DNA from: a virus
IMG/VR virus record: IMGVR_UViG_3300028883_000004
Span: 1-64,000 of that record
Direction: 5' to 3' (one strand)
DNA length: 64,000 nucleotides
Below the pieces are notes generated by a model. It saw only the letters and a list, made by a program, of their open reading frames with translations, had not been told where the DNA came from and searched no databases. Shown one piece after another: positions 43,162 to 51,396 of the stretch. Position 1 is the stretch's first letter, and each line of letters starts with the position of its first letter. Position numbers and translations under genes: made by a program.

Positions 43162-44460
43162 ATGAGCGGTAAACGATACATAATAGGCGGTGGACTCTCG
43201 GGGTTGATTTTTGCCTACTACAACCCCGAGTACACCGTCATCACCAGCAGCGCAGGTGGGGTCTTTGGAGACAGCAACTTCTCTGGGGTCATCGTCCTTC
43301 ACGATACTCCAGAAAATAGGAACCTGCTTGAGGACCTCTCCCTGCCTATTGTGCAGCGGCCTGTTCTGATCCTTTCCCTGGTAGGCGGCGACATCCTTCA
43401 CTCCAGTCAGGTGAGAAGGGAGGAACGGAACAAGATCAGGCTCAAGAAAATGATTACCCACGATCGATACCCAAAGACGGACTTCACAAAGGACCTTGAG
43501 ACGGGATCGCTTGAACTCTCTACAGACAGAGACATTCTCCCTACTCTGGAAGTGGAACCTGGAGAACTCGTCACGGAACTCGTGAAGAGGGTAACCATCA
43601 AGAACGGCTGCACAGTCACTCAAATCAAAGATACCTCATTGACCTACACCAGGAAGGGAGCAGGGACCGAAGAGGTGGAGTTCGATCATCTCGTCTCCAC
43701 CCTTCCTGCACCCATCTTCTGGAGTATCTACGAAGGAGCCCAGGAAGCGGCGAAGAACATGAAAAGAAGTAGCCTCAAGATGGAGGCTGCTACGGTCGTT
43801 AAGAGCGGGAGACCTCCCCTTGAGAACGAACCAGACGAGGACTTCTTTTTGTACATTCCCGATCCTTCTGTTCCTTACGTAAGATGCAAGAAGCGTCAAG
43901 GAGTCTACTTCTACGAGTTCACTGGGGAGCTTCCAGTCGGAATGGCAGGAAACCTCTTCGACGGAGACGTGAGAGGGGTCACGACGATCCCGTACGCTAG
44001 AATCTCTGACGACCTCTCGAACTTCCCTCCTTCTCCTTTCATCTCCTTCCTTGGTCGATTCTCTACGTGGAGACATCGGGACCTTATTCACGACGTGGTT
44101 AGGTTCTCCAGGGCGAAGTTTGACTTCGGGGCGATGGTCATGAGACAGGCGGCCTTCAATGCCCATTTCTTTGACTACAATAATATGTCGTTAGAGGAGC
44201 GGCAGAGATGGACCAAGGAGCTTGTACTGTGCGGGATCGACGAGTTCACGGAACTCTTGAGGGAGACCAACTGGAAGCATCATCGAGGAGGTGGAAAGGA
44301 AGTAAGTCGAGAGAGGATTCTTGAGGAGCTAATCGACTGCTTGAAGTTCACCCTCGGGATAGCTAACGTTTGGGGGATGACTCCATACGAACTGATCACG
44401 GCATTCCACCAGAAATCTGACAAGGTGGATACTCGCTACAAAAACGAACATAACGAATAG
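43162..44460 (+). CDS. fusion: FAD/NAD(P)-binding (GxGxxG) oxidoreductase-like domain + all-alpha NTP pyrophosphatase (dimeric dUTPase/MazG-like) domain
   Basis: N-terminus KRYIIGGGLSGLIFAY. FLGRFSTWRHRDLIHDV resembles the GR..Y.Y..MD end of amine-oxidase/UGM-like flavoproteins. C-terminus DEFTELLRETNWKHHRGGG...ILEELIDCLKFTLGIANVWG matches E..E....WK.W...E..D.l.F. Confidence 0.55.
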   Translation: MSGKRYIIGGGLSGLIFAYYNPEYTVITSSAGGVFGDSNFSGVIVLHDTPENRNLLEDLSLPIVQRPVLILSLVGGDILHSSQVRREERNKIRLKKMITHDRYPKTDFTKDLETGSLELSTDRDILPTLEVEPGELVTELVKRVTIKNGCTVTQIKDTSLTYTRKGAGTEEVEFDHLVSTLPAPIFWSIYEGAQEAAKNMKRSSLKMEAATVVKSGRPPLENEPDEDFFLYIPDPSVPYVRCKKRQGVYFYEFTGELPVGMAGNLFDGDVRGVTTIPYARISDDLSNFPPSPFISFLGRFSTWRHRDLIHDVVRFSRAKFDFGAMVMRQAAFNAHFFDYNNMSLEERQRWTKELVLCGIDEFTELLRETNWKHHRGGGKEVSRERILEELIDCLKFTLGIANVWGMTPYELITAFHQKSDKVDTRYKNEHNE

Positions 44461-44474
44461 GAGGCTAGAGCTTT

Positions 44475-45506
44475 ATGCCGAAACTGAACATCAATCATCA
44501 GGGCGAAGAACCAAGAGGAAAGGTCCTTGACAAAGGGAAGGCCTGGGCGGTCGAACTCTTTGACTATCGAAACGATCCTTACAAAGCGATGTATCGATTC
44601 ATCGTTGGGACATGGGGCCTTGACCCAGACGACCCGATTCCGTGGGACCCCGACCTGCAGTTCTGTCAGGACGCAATCATCGAGGCGGTCAACGGTCGTG
44701 CCCTTCCTCTCGCTCTGGAGATTCCCGCTTACACCTTTACGATGAAGGGCATCTCCAGAATCGACACTCATCAGACCGTAAGGCAGCGGGTGGGAGTAAC
44801 CTTCTCGCAGCAGTGCACCGGGGACAATGACATCCGTCATTACGACATGCTCCTTCCTCTTACGGAGTTCGATCGAATGATCGCCTTCCACCAGGGGAGA
44901 GAAGATCACGACAAAGCTCGCGCCCTGGAGCAGATCAAGCAACTGGTTGCGGCGAACGTTTCGAACGCCATGGAACTCTACGGCAGAGCACTCGACCTCG
45001 GGATGAGCCCGAACGATTGCAGGCTGTGGACTCCCGAATGCAAATCCACATACCTTCACATGAACATCTCCCTCCTCGCCCTTTCCTCCTTCCTGGGGAG
45101 GCGGCAGTGCGAGAATCAACCGCTATGCGGAATGGGACTGGAGATGGCAAAGATGGTCGAGAAGGTTCACCCTGTCTTTGCTCCTCTCCTTCGTCCCAAT
45201 TGCGACCGTCGAGGAGTATGCGGAGAGCGTGCACTGAATCATCAGTTCGGTGCAGCGATCCACTATCCCTGCGGACGACATCCGAGACCTGGAAAGGACG
45301 CGAGCGAAACGACCGTTTTCGACGACGACTACTGCACCAGAGGCACGGCAGCTTTCTACCGCGGTGAGGCGATCCTTCCCGGGGCGAAGCTCATGGTCTC
45401 TGCGGAGACGAGAACTCCCGAGGAGTTGGAGGAAGTCGCAAAGGCTTACGACACCTCCATCAAGCGACCGGATCGCACCAACGCTCTCTTCGGATTCGAG
45501 GGTTAG
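44475..45506 (+). CDS. ThyX-fold protein with a non-canonical active-site signature and a Cys-rich C-terminal extension
   Basis: VLDKGKAWAVELFDY..., ...PAYTFTMKGISRIDTHQTVRQRVGVTFSQQ and ...CRLWTPECKSTYLHMNISLLALSSFLGRR track the ThyX fold pattern, but RHRxxS appears as RQRVGV. Confidence 0.55.
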   Translation: MPKLNINHQGEEPRGKVLDKGKAWAVELFDYRNDPYKAMYRFIVGTWGLDPDDPIPWDPDLQFCQDAIIEAVNGRALPLALEIPAYTFTMKGISRIDTHQTVRQRVGVTFSQQCTGDNDIRHYDMLLPLTEFDRMIAFHQGREDHDKARALEQIKQLVAANVSNAMELYGRALDLGMSPNDCRLWTPECKSTYLHMNISLLALSSFLGRRQCENQPLCGMGLEMAKMVEKVHPVFAPLLRPNCDRRGVCGERALNHQFGAAIHYPCGRHPRPGKDASETTVFDDDYCTRGTAAFYRGEAILPGAKLMVSAETRTPEELEEVAKAYDTSIKRPDRTNALFGFEG

Positions 45507-45509
45507 AAC

Positions 45510-46103
45510 ATGCATCCTAACGGGGAAGGGATCGACGGACTGAGAGGGAGGCTAATCGAGGTTGCTCGCCAATGCTCCTCCTGCCATCTCTCTGCAAGGC
45601 GTCGGTCCCTTCCTGGTTGGATTCGAAACAGAGAGGCTAGAGGGCGACCAACGGTCATTGGTCAAAACCCAGGACAGGTTGTCCTGAAAGGCTCCTCGGA
45701 CATCCGAGGAGCTTTTCTGATTCCTTACTATGCGGCAATTGCTGAGCCAGGTGGCTCCTCTCGTATTATGTGGCGAGTGTTCAATGAGCTTGGATTGACC
45801 AGTCGTCATATCTACTCTACGAATTTGGTGAAGTGTCCGACAAAAGGGAATGCATTTCCAACTGAAGCGGCAGTCACTAATTGCAGCAAGATACTACTAA
45901 TGGAGTTTAGAATTGAGCAACCTTCTGGGCTTTTAGTCTTTGGAAAGAGGACGGCGGAGGAACTGGAGAGAGTTCTTCAAGGAACTGAGTTTGAGAACAT
46001 CAAGAGAGTGTCCCTCCCTCATCCGTACACAGTGGCTAGAAAGTTCACGAGGTGGGACGACTACCTCAGACAATTCGAATCCGCCCTGGAGGAAGTTGGA
46101 TGA
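45510..46103 (+). CDS. uracil-DNA glycosylase superfamily protein (non-family-4 motif GQNPG)
   Basis: Motif 1-like VIGQNPG. STNLVKCPT. Motif 2-like VSLPHPYTV. 197 aa. Confidence 0.5.
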   Translation: MHPNGEGIDGLRGRLIEVARQCSSCHLSARRRSLPGWIRNREARGRPTVIGQNPGQVVLKGSSDIRGAFLIPYYAAIAEPGGSSRIMWRVFNELGLTSRHIYSTNLVKCPTKGNAFPTEAAVTNCSKILLMEFRIEQPSGLLVFGKRTAEELERVLQGTEFENIKRVSLPHPYTVARKFTRWDDYLRQFESALEEVG

Positions 46104-46651
46104 TTCATGTAATAGAAGGTCCAGACAAGTCTGGTAAGAGTTCATTTGCGAAAGCCTGGAGTCAGATGAAAGGGCTCCCTCTTATCCCTCATGAGGGGAT
46201 GGAGGACATCAAAGACGGTTTAACCGATGGAGAGGTCTACTACACGACGAAGCGTAGAGACCTCGACATGTTTAGAATGGCAGAGGCTGGATTTGACTTC
46301 GTTGTAGATAGAGGGTTCGTTACAGTAATAACTTACGGCTGGGCGTTCCATCGTTCTCGTTACAATCTTGCCTATGCAAACGAACTCCTAAAAGAGCTTC
46401 ACAAGAGAGGGCTCCTGGCCCTCTATCGGATGAATACACCTCTTGAAACCGTTCTCCGCCGTTTTAAGCGCGAGGAGGAGCATTGGGAGGGTAAGGAGAC
46501 CTGTAAGCGGATATATGCCGCCTACGAGCTATTCTGGAAGGAATACGGGGCGAATCTGGACCCTTTCCTGGTTACAGGGGAGATAATCGGCGAAAAGAAG
46601 GCATGGAAGGTGGAGAGACGTGGTCAAACGGAGAGTTGTCAAGAAGTCTGA
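46100..46651 (+). CDS. tmk: thymidylate kinase-like dNMP kinase
   Basis: MIHVIEGPDKSGKSS matches the IEG.D.sGKsT P-loop of Tmk. ATGA-coupled start with GGAGGAAG upstream. Confidence 0.6.
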   Translation: MIHVIEGPDKSGKSSFAKAWSQMKGLPLIPHEGMEDIKDGLTDGEVYYTTKRRDLDMFRMAEAGFDFVVDRGFVTVITYGWAFHRSRYNLAYANELLKELHKRGLLALYRMNTPLETVLRRFKREEEHWEGKETCKRIYAAYELFWKEYGANLDPFLVTGEIIGEKKAWKVERRGQTESCQEV

Positions 46652-49589
46652 AGAGACCAAGAAGAAAGTCAGACGAGTCGTAAAGAAGGCTAATGGGGAG
46701 ACTCCAGTCAGAGATGATGCTGCGCATCTCCACAGGGTAGGTGGTGCTGCCTTCGATATGACGATGGGTACGGACGTAGGAGATAAGAGGAACATCGTTC
46801 ATGATGTAGATAGAGAGTTTGTCTCCTTTGATCCTACCGGGGTCACGAAGCCTTGGAACCCGGACAGAAGATACCTAGACGCCTGGTCGGTTAACAATAA
46901 AATATTTCTGCTGTACCGGAACCCAGAGACCGGAAGGAAGGAAGTCGAAGAGGTCCCGTACAGATACTACATTTTCGTATTGACAAAGGATGTTGAAAAG
47001 AGAGAGTTCAAACGAGTAATGGCCAAATGGAGAGGGCGTCGAATCGTAACATCAATCGAGCCCGATCCTAACTTCCCAGAGAAGTGGCATCGCATTTACA
47101 TAGACCTTTCCAAAGAGCGAGTCCCTTATTGCGACTTAACGGCTGCAAACCATCATCGTCAGAATCGAATGAAGTACACTCGCAACTCCCCTGCTCTGGA
47201 GATAGAGCGGGAACTCAGGAGACAGGCGAACGTAACTCTCTACGAGGCTGACCTTGAACCTCCAAAGCGATTCGTAAGCGAATGGGATATGGAGTTCGAA
47301 GAAGATTTGTGGTTGTTCTACTTCGACATTGAAACGGACGATCGTTTCTCAGACCTTTTTACGAACCCAGGGAAACATAGGATCGTGTCCTTCGCATGGA
47401 AGGCTTGGAACGGAAAGAAGGCCATCTGGGAGGACGGGTTTGAGATTCTCGACATCCCGAGACTTCCTCCTGCTGATACAAAACGATGGAGAGATAGAAC
47501 AGCAGAGGAGAAAGAGGAGTGCAAGGCGGCTGATCAGGCGGAGATAAAACTGCTGAAGCGTCTGAAGTTCCTAATGGAGAAGTATGACCAAACCGTAACT
47601 TGGAATGGATACAACTTCGACCTTCCTCAGGTTCTGGAGAGGATGAAGCGATTTGGAATCTCCATCAGATGGACGCATTTTTCACAAGCGGATCTGCTCA
47701 ACGTTTTTAAGCGCTATCACATGAGAGCAGGTTCTCAGGCTACATCCTACGCCTTGCAGAGTATCGGCGAGAAGGTTCTGAACAAAGGGAAGGTCCCACT
47801 CGACGGTCGTAAGATTCACGAGCTATTCGAGCACGATAGGGAGACGTTAAGGGTCTACAACATTCGAGACGTCGACTTGATTTACGAACTTGAGGAGTTT
47901 ACGGCTTACCTCTCCCTGGATAATACCTTCAAGAGAATCGGAAACTGCTGGCCCAGAGACTTCCACATCTCGACGAAGATCGACGGCCTGCTTCTGAAAA
48001 AAGGATTCAGGGAAGGCGTTCACTTCAAGACTCGAAACAGATGGGCCGATAAAGACGAGTCGGAGAAGATCACAGGAGCCTTCGTCCTTGATCCTACAAC
48101 CGGAATGCATGAGGACGTATGCAACTTCGACTTCAAGTCGCTTTATCCTTCCATGATGATTACCTTTAACATCTCGCCAGAAACTCTTGTGGCTAGGAAC
48201 AAGGGAGAGATGGAGCGACTTGTAGAGGCTGGAACTGTATCATGGGACGACGTCATCTTAGTACCAGGTAAGGGTACATATTATTGGAAGCCTGAAATTC
48301 GAAAGGGATACATCCCGCAGATGTTTGAGTACACTCTTTTGAGACGCAAGAAGTACACAAACCTTCAGGCTGAGGAGAAGGTTGGTTCGGATAAGTTCCT
48401 TTTGTACTATCGCCTTGCCTACGGTTACAAACGACTTGGTCTCTCCTTCTACGGTGAACTTGCAAACCCGCAGTCTCGCTTTTATGATCCTGATGTTGGA
48501 GAGAGCGTCACCCGCTCTGGACAATACTTCACAAAGATGACAATGGCAATAGCCAGAGAGAAGTTCGGCTACGAACCTGTATACGGAGACACGGACTCTC
48601 TTTTCATTAAGATTCCACTTGATAAGATTCCTGAATTTATGGACCATGTCCATGATGTATACAGAGAGGATGTTGCAAACTGTAATGCCGATCCTGAGAA
48701 GATGACAATCGAGCTCGAATACGAGGATTACTTTTCGAGACTCCTCATGGTTCGTAAGAAGCGCTACGCAGGTATTATGTCAATCCATAAAGGACAAGCG
48801 TCTGACTTTATCGAAATCAAAGGACTGGAAATCATGCGATCTGATGTTATCCAGCCTGCTAGAGACCTTCAGCGAGAGGTGTGCACCAAATGCCTTCGCG
48901 ATAAGGATGCAACAGCCGAGGACCTTCTTGAGATTGTTCTTGCAATGAAGAGAAAGGTTTACAATCTAGGGTTAGACGAGGACTCTGTCATTCAGTCAAA
49001 GGGACTTCAGAAGGACATAAAAGACTACGCGGCGAAGTCTCCCCATGTTAAGGTCGCCCAGTGGATTCTGGATAACGGTTATGAATACTTCGTAGGCATG
49101 AAGGTCCCGTTCGTAATGATTAAACCAGAGAAGGCTCCAAAGAGCTTCTGGGAGGAGAAGGAGGATGTTGAGACTGGCGAGATGATTCTTGCTCCTCCAG
49201 AGGTTAAAGGACAGTTTGCCATCTACGCCGGAATATGGAAACCCGAGATGGAATACGACCAAGACTTCTACTGGGATCATCTCGTTTATCCGGCGACGCT
49301 AAGAGTTCTTGAGAAGGCATTTCCAGAACACGACTGGATTCAGTACAAAGCTGATGAGCAGGCCCGTAGACAGCGAAAGGTTGACATCCTTCTTCGTAAA
49401 CTGGGTAGACTCAAAAAGAGAGAACGTGCAAAGGCAGCTATTGATAAGTTTGTGGAGAGCATCGCCTCATTAAAAAAGAACCCATGGAGCCTTAACGAAC
49501 AGCAAAAGACAACCATCCGCAGAGCCTACGCCCTGGTGGCAAAGCGCGAGGATGCAGGACCTAAGAAGTTGAAGAAGAAAGTCAGATGA
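46620..49589 (+). CDS. polB: family B DNA polymerase
   Basis: Exo I FYFDIETDD, Exo II WNGYNFDLPQV, Exo III YNIRDVDLIYEL, motif A DFKSLYPSMMITFNISPET, motif B KRLGLSFYGELA, motif C VYGDTDSLFI. GTG start after GGAG. N-terminal MVKRRVVKK...VRRVVKK. Confidence 0.9.
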   Translation: MVKRRVVKKSEETKKKVRRVVKKANGETPVRDDAAHLHRVGGAAFDMTMGTDVGDKRNIVHDVDREFVSFDPTGVTKPWNPDRRYLDAWSVNNKIFLLYRNPETGRKEVEEVPYRYYIFVLTKDVEKREFKRVMAKWRGRRIVTSIEPDPNFPEKWHRIYIDLSKERVPYCDLTAANHHRQNRMKYTRNSPALEIERELRRQANVTLYEADLEPPKRFVSEWDMEFEEDLWLFYFDIETDDRFSDLFTNPGKHRIVSFAWKAWNGKKAIWEDGFEILDIPRLPPADTKRWRDRTAEEKEECKAADQAEIKLLKRLKFLMEKYDQTVTWNGYNFDLPQVLERMKRFGISIRWTHFSQADLLNVFKRYHMRAGSQATSYALQSIGEKVLNKGKVPLDGRKIHELFEHDRETLRVYNIRDVDLIYELEEFTAYLSLDNTFKRIGNCWPRDFHISTKIDGLLLKKGFREGVHFKTRNRWADKDESEKITGAFVLDPTTGMHEDVCNFDFKSLYPSMMITFNISPETLVARNKGEMERLVEAGTVSWDDVILVPGKGTYYWKPEIRKGYIPQMFEYTLLRRKKYTNLQAEEKVGSDKFLLYYRLAYGYKRLGLSFYGELANPQSRFYDPDVGESVTRSGQYFTKMTMAIAREKFGYEPVYGDTDSLFIKIPLDKIPEFMDHVHDVYREDVANCNADPEKMTIELEYEDYFSRLLMVRKKRYAGIMSIHKGQASDFIEIKGLEIMRSDVIQPARDLQREVCTKCLRDKDATAEDLLEIVLAMKRKVYNLGLDEDSVIQSKGLQKDIKDYAAKSPHVKVAQWILDNGYEYFVGMKVPFVMIKPEKAPKSFWEEKEDVETGEMILAPPEVKGQFAIYAGIWKPEMEYDQDFYWDHLVYPATLRVLEKAFPEHDWIQYKADEQARRQRKVDILLRKLGRLKKRERAKAAIDKFVESIASLKKNPWSLNEQQKTTIRRAYALVAKREDAGPKKLKKKVR

Positions 49590-49626
49590 GCTTTTATTCC
49601 TAAAGGAACAAAGAGAGGAGAGAACG

Positions 49627-50214
49627 ATGGCGGAGAAACGGAGGGTCGTAAAGAAGAAAACGACCACTGCAGGAAAGAGGAAAGTCACCAATAGAAAGGC
49701 GGACTCCGGAAGGGCACCTACGGGAGCTTCACAAGAGTTCCCTGTGTTCGAGATCATCGACCAGGAGATGGCCTACGTTGGCGACAACTTTGCAAACATG
49801 TACGACAAACTGAAGGAGGCGTTACAACTCGACGAAAAGAGAGCAAACCTTGACGAAATCCAATCCGCTCTGGATACAGTCGAGGGATACGGTCTTGAGG
49901 CCGGTTATCTGTGGGCGGTAGCCAATAGGGAGTACGAGTCGTTCAAGCTTCATTATGACGCTACGATGCTTGACCTTTCTCTGGAGGCACAAGAGGCACT
50001 CGGTGAGATGAAGAAGGCAGGACAAATCTCCGGTCAGGTTACGATCGCGATGCAAGAGGCCTGGCTTTCGAAGAACTCCGAGACGTACCAGGAACTCAGA
50101 ACACAGAAGATCAACCTTCGCAATCAGCGAGAGGTCCTTGCAATCTTCAAGAACCAGTGGCAGTCTCGACAGGCAACCCTTCGCGCCATGAAGGATATAC
50201 TTCGGGACCGATAA
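49627..50214 (+). CDS. hypothetical protein with N-terminal KRRVVKK tag (195 aa)
   Basis: SD GAGAGGAGAG. MAEKRRVVKKK... then a helical domain. Lies between the polymerase and SSB genes, so a recombination mediator role is possible by position only. Confidence 0.55.
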   Translation: MAEKRRVVKKKTTTAGKRKVTNRKADSGRAPTGASQEFPVFEIIDQEMAYVGDNFANMYDKLKEALQLDEKRANLDEIQSALDTVEGYGLEAGYLWAVANREYESFKLHYDATMLDLSLEAQEALGEMKKAGQISGQVTIAMQEAWLSKNSETYQELRTQKINLRNQREVLAIFKNQWQSRQATLRAMKDILRDR

Positions 50215-50227
50215 GGAGGAACCACAA

Positions 50228-51361
50228 ATGGCACGTAACGAACTTACTCTTGACGAGTTCTTTGATGACGTCGAATCTCGGGGTCGCGGGGACATCGTCG
50301 ACTGGCGGGAGGAAGGAAAGACAACGGGAGCCTTCCACCCCGAATTGCGCATCTTCTACAAGCGCAAGAAACACTTTGTACCGGTCGTTGGAGACGACGG
50401 CAAGATTGCGGTCAAGGTGTTCAACTGCCCGAATGTCGAGAAGGACGATGACCTCTGTCCGATTTGCAGAGCGCGACAGGCCCTTCGAGACGACGACACC
50501 ATCGATAATGACGAGATCGTTTTCATCGCCGGCGACGGCCGCTACAAGGATGAGCGGTGCAAGGGCGAGGTGATCAACGTAAAGGGTTATGACTGGCAGA
50601 AGAACCTCGGATGGAAAACCGAGTATCTGGTCGCCTGGGTCGAACCCGGTCAGGAAAACGACACGGCTGGAATCTGCCCCATGCCTCTGGACTGTGCCAA
50701 GAAGCTCAAGAAGGAAATCAAAGGGCGGATCGAGGAACTCGGGGACAAGGGAAACCCCTTCGACTATCCCTGCTGCTTCCGCCTGGAATACGACAAGAAG
50801 GCCGCTCCTTCGCAGAAGTACAGTGCCTCCGTCTCCTCGGTCGAGGTCGATGAAGAGATGCTTGCAATCATGGAGAATGATCCTCCGAACATCGAGGGTC
50901 TGGTCGCTCCCTCTGATCCGTACGAAGTCTACGAGGCGGTGATTGACTCCTTCGTGGTTGACTTCGGAGACCTCTTCGCCGATTTTGAGGACGGAAGCGT
51001 CGCTCCGAAATCGGAGGAGAAAGAGGAGAAGGCGGAACCGGAGAAGAAGGAGAAGCGGAAAGTCGGAGGCAAGAAGGAAACGAAGAAGGCTCCGGCAAAG
51101 AAGGCTGCTCCCAAGACTCGTAAGACTCGTACGACGAAGAAGAAAGAGGAGCCCGAACCTGAACCTGAGAAGAAGGCCCCGAAGCGTCGAGTTGCGAAGA
51201 AGAAAGAGGAGCCCAAACCGGAACCCGAACCCACCGAAGAGGAGGCTGGTGAGAGCCCGTGCCCGGAATGCGGTGAGATGGCTCCCGACGACGCTACCAA
51301 CTGTCCGCACTGCGGAGCGGAGTTCGAGTACATCGAGGACGAGGACCCCTTCGCCGAGTAG
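50228..51361 (+). CDS. gp32-type single-stranded DNA-binding protein with basic linker, C-terminal Zn ribbon and acidic tip
   Basis: C67-x9-C77-x2-C80 (FNCPNVEKDDDLCPIC) has the same Cys spacing as the T4 gp32 zinc site. C-terminus CPECGEMAPDDATNCPHCGAEFEYIEDEDPFAE. SD AAGGAGGAAC. Confidence 0.65.
   Translation: MARNELTLDEFFDDVESRGRGDIVDWREEGKTTGAFHPELRIFYKRKKHFVPVVGDDGKIAVKVFNCPNVEKDDDLCPICRARQALRDDDTIDNDEIVFIAGDGRYKDERCKGEVINVKGYDWQKNLGWKTEYLVAWVEPGQENDTAGICPMPLDCAKKLKKEIKGRIEELGDKGNPFDYPCCFRLEYDKKAAPSQKYSASVSSVEVDEEMLAIMENDPPNIEGLVAPSDPYEVYEAVIDSFVVDFGDLFADFEDGSVAPKSEEKEEKAEPEKKEKRKVGGKKETKKAPAKKAAPKTRKTRTTKKKEEPEPEPEKKAPKRRVAKKKEEPKPEPEPTEEEAGESPCPECGEMAPDDATNCPHCGAEFEYIEDEDPFAE
51005..51232 (+). 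repeat. low-complexity K/E/P-rich coding region of the SSB linker
   Basis: KSEEKEEKAEPEKKEKRKVGGKKETKKAPAKKAAPKTRKTRTTKKKEEPEPEPEKKAPKRRVAKKKEEPKPEPEP. Causes several shadow ORFs. Confidence 0.8.
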
Positions 51362-51396
51362 AATAAGCGCAAAGAAGATCACGAAAGGTATCTAGC

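Noticed and set aside
50147-51382. 411-aa minus-strand ORF and several alternative-frame ORFs over 50589-51395. A similar cluster occurs over 42280-43181.
   Set aside because: These are artefacts of the low-complexity K/A/P/E-coding repeats in the SSB linker and the H1-like protein, which stay open in many frames.
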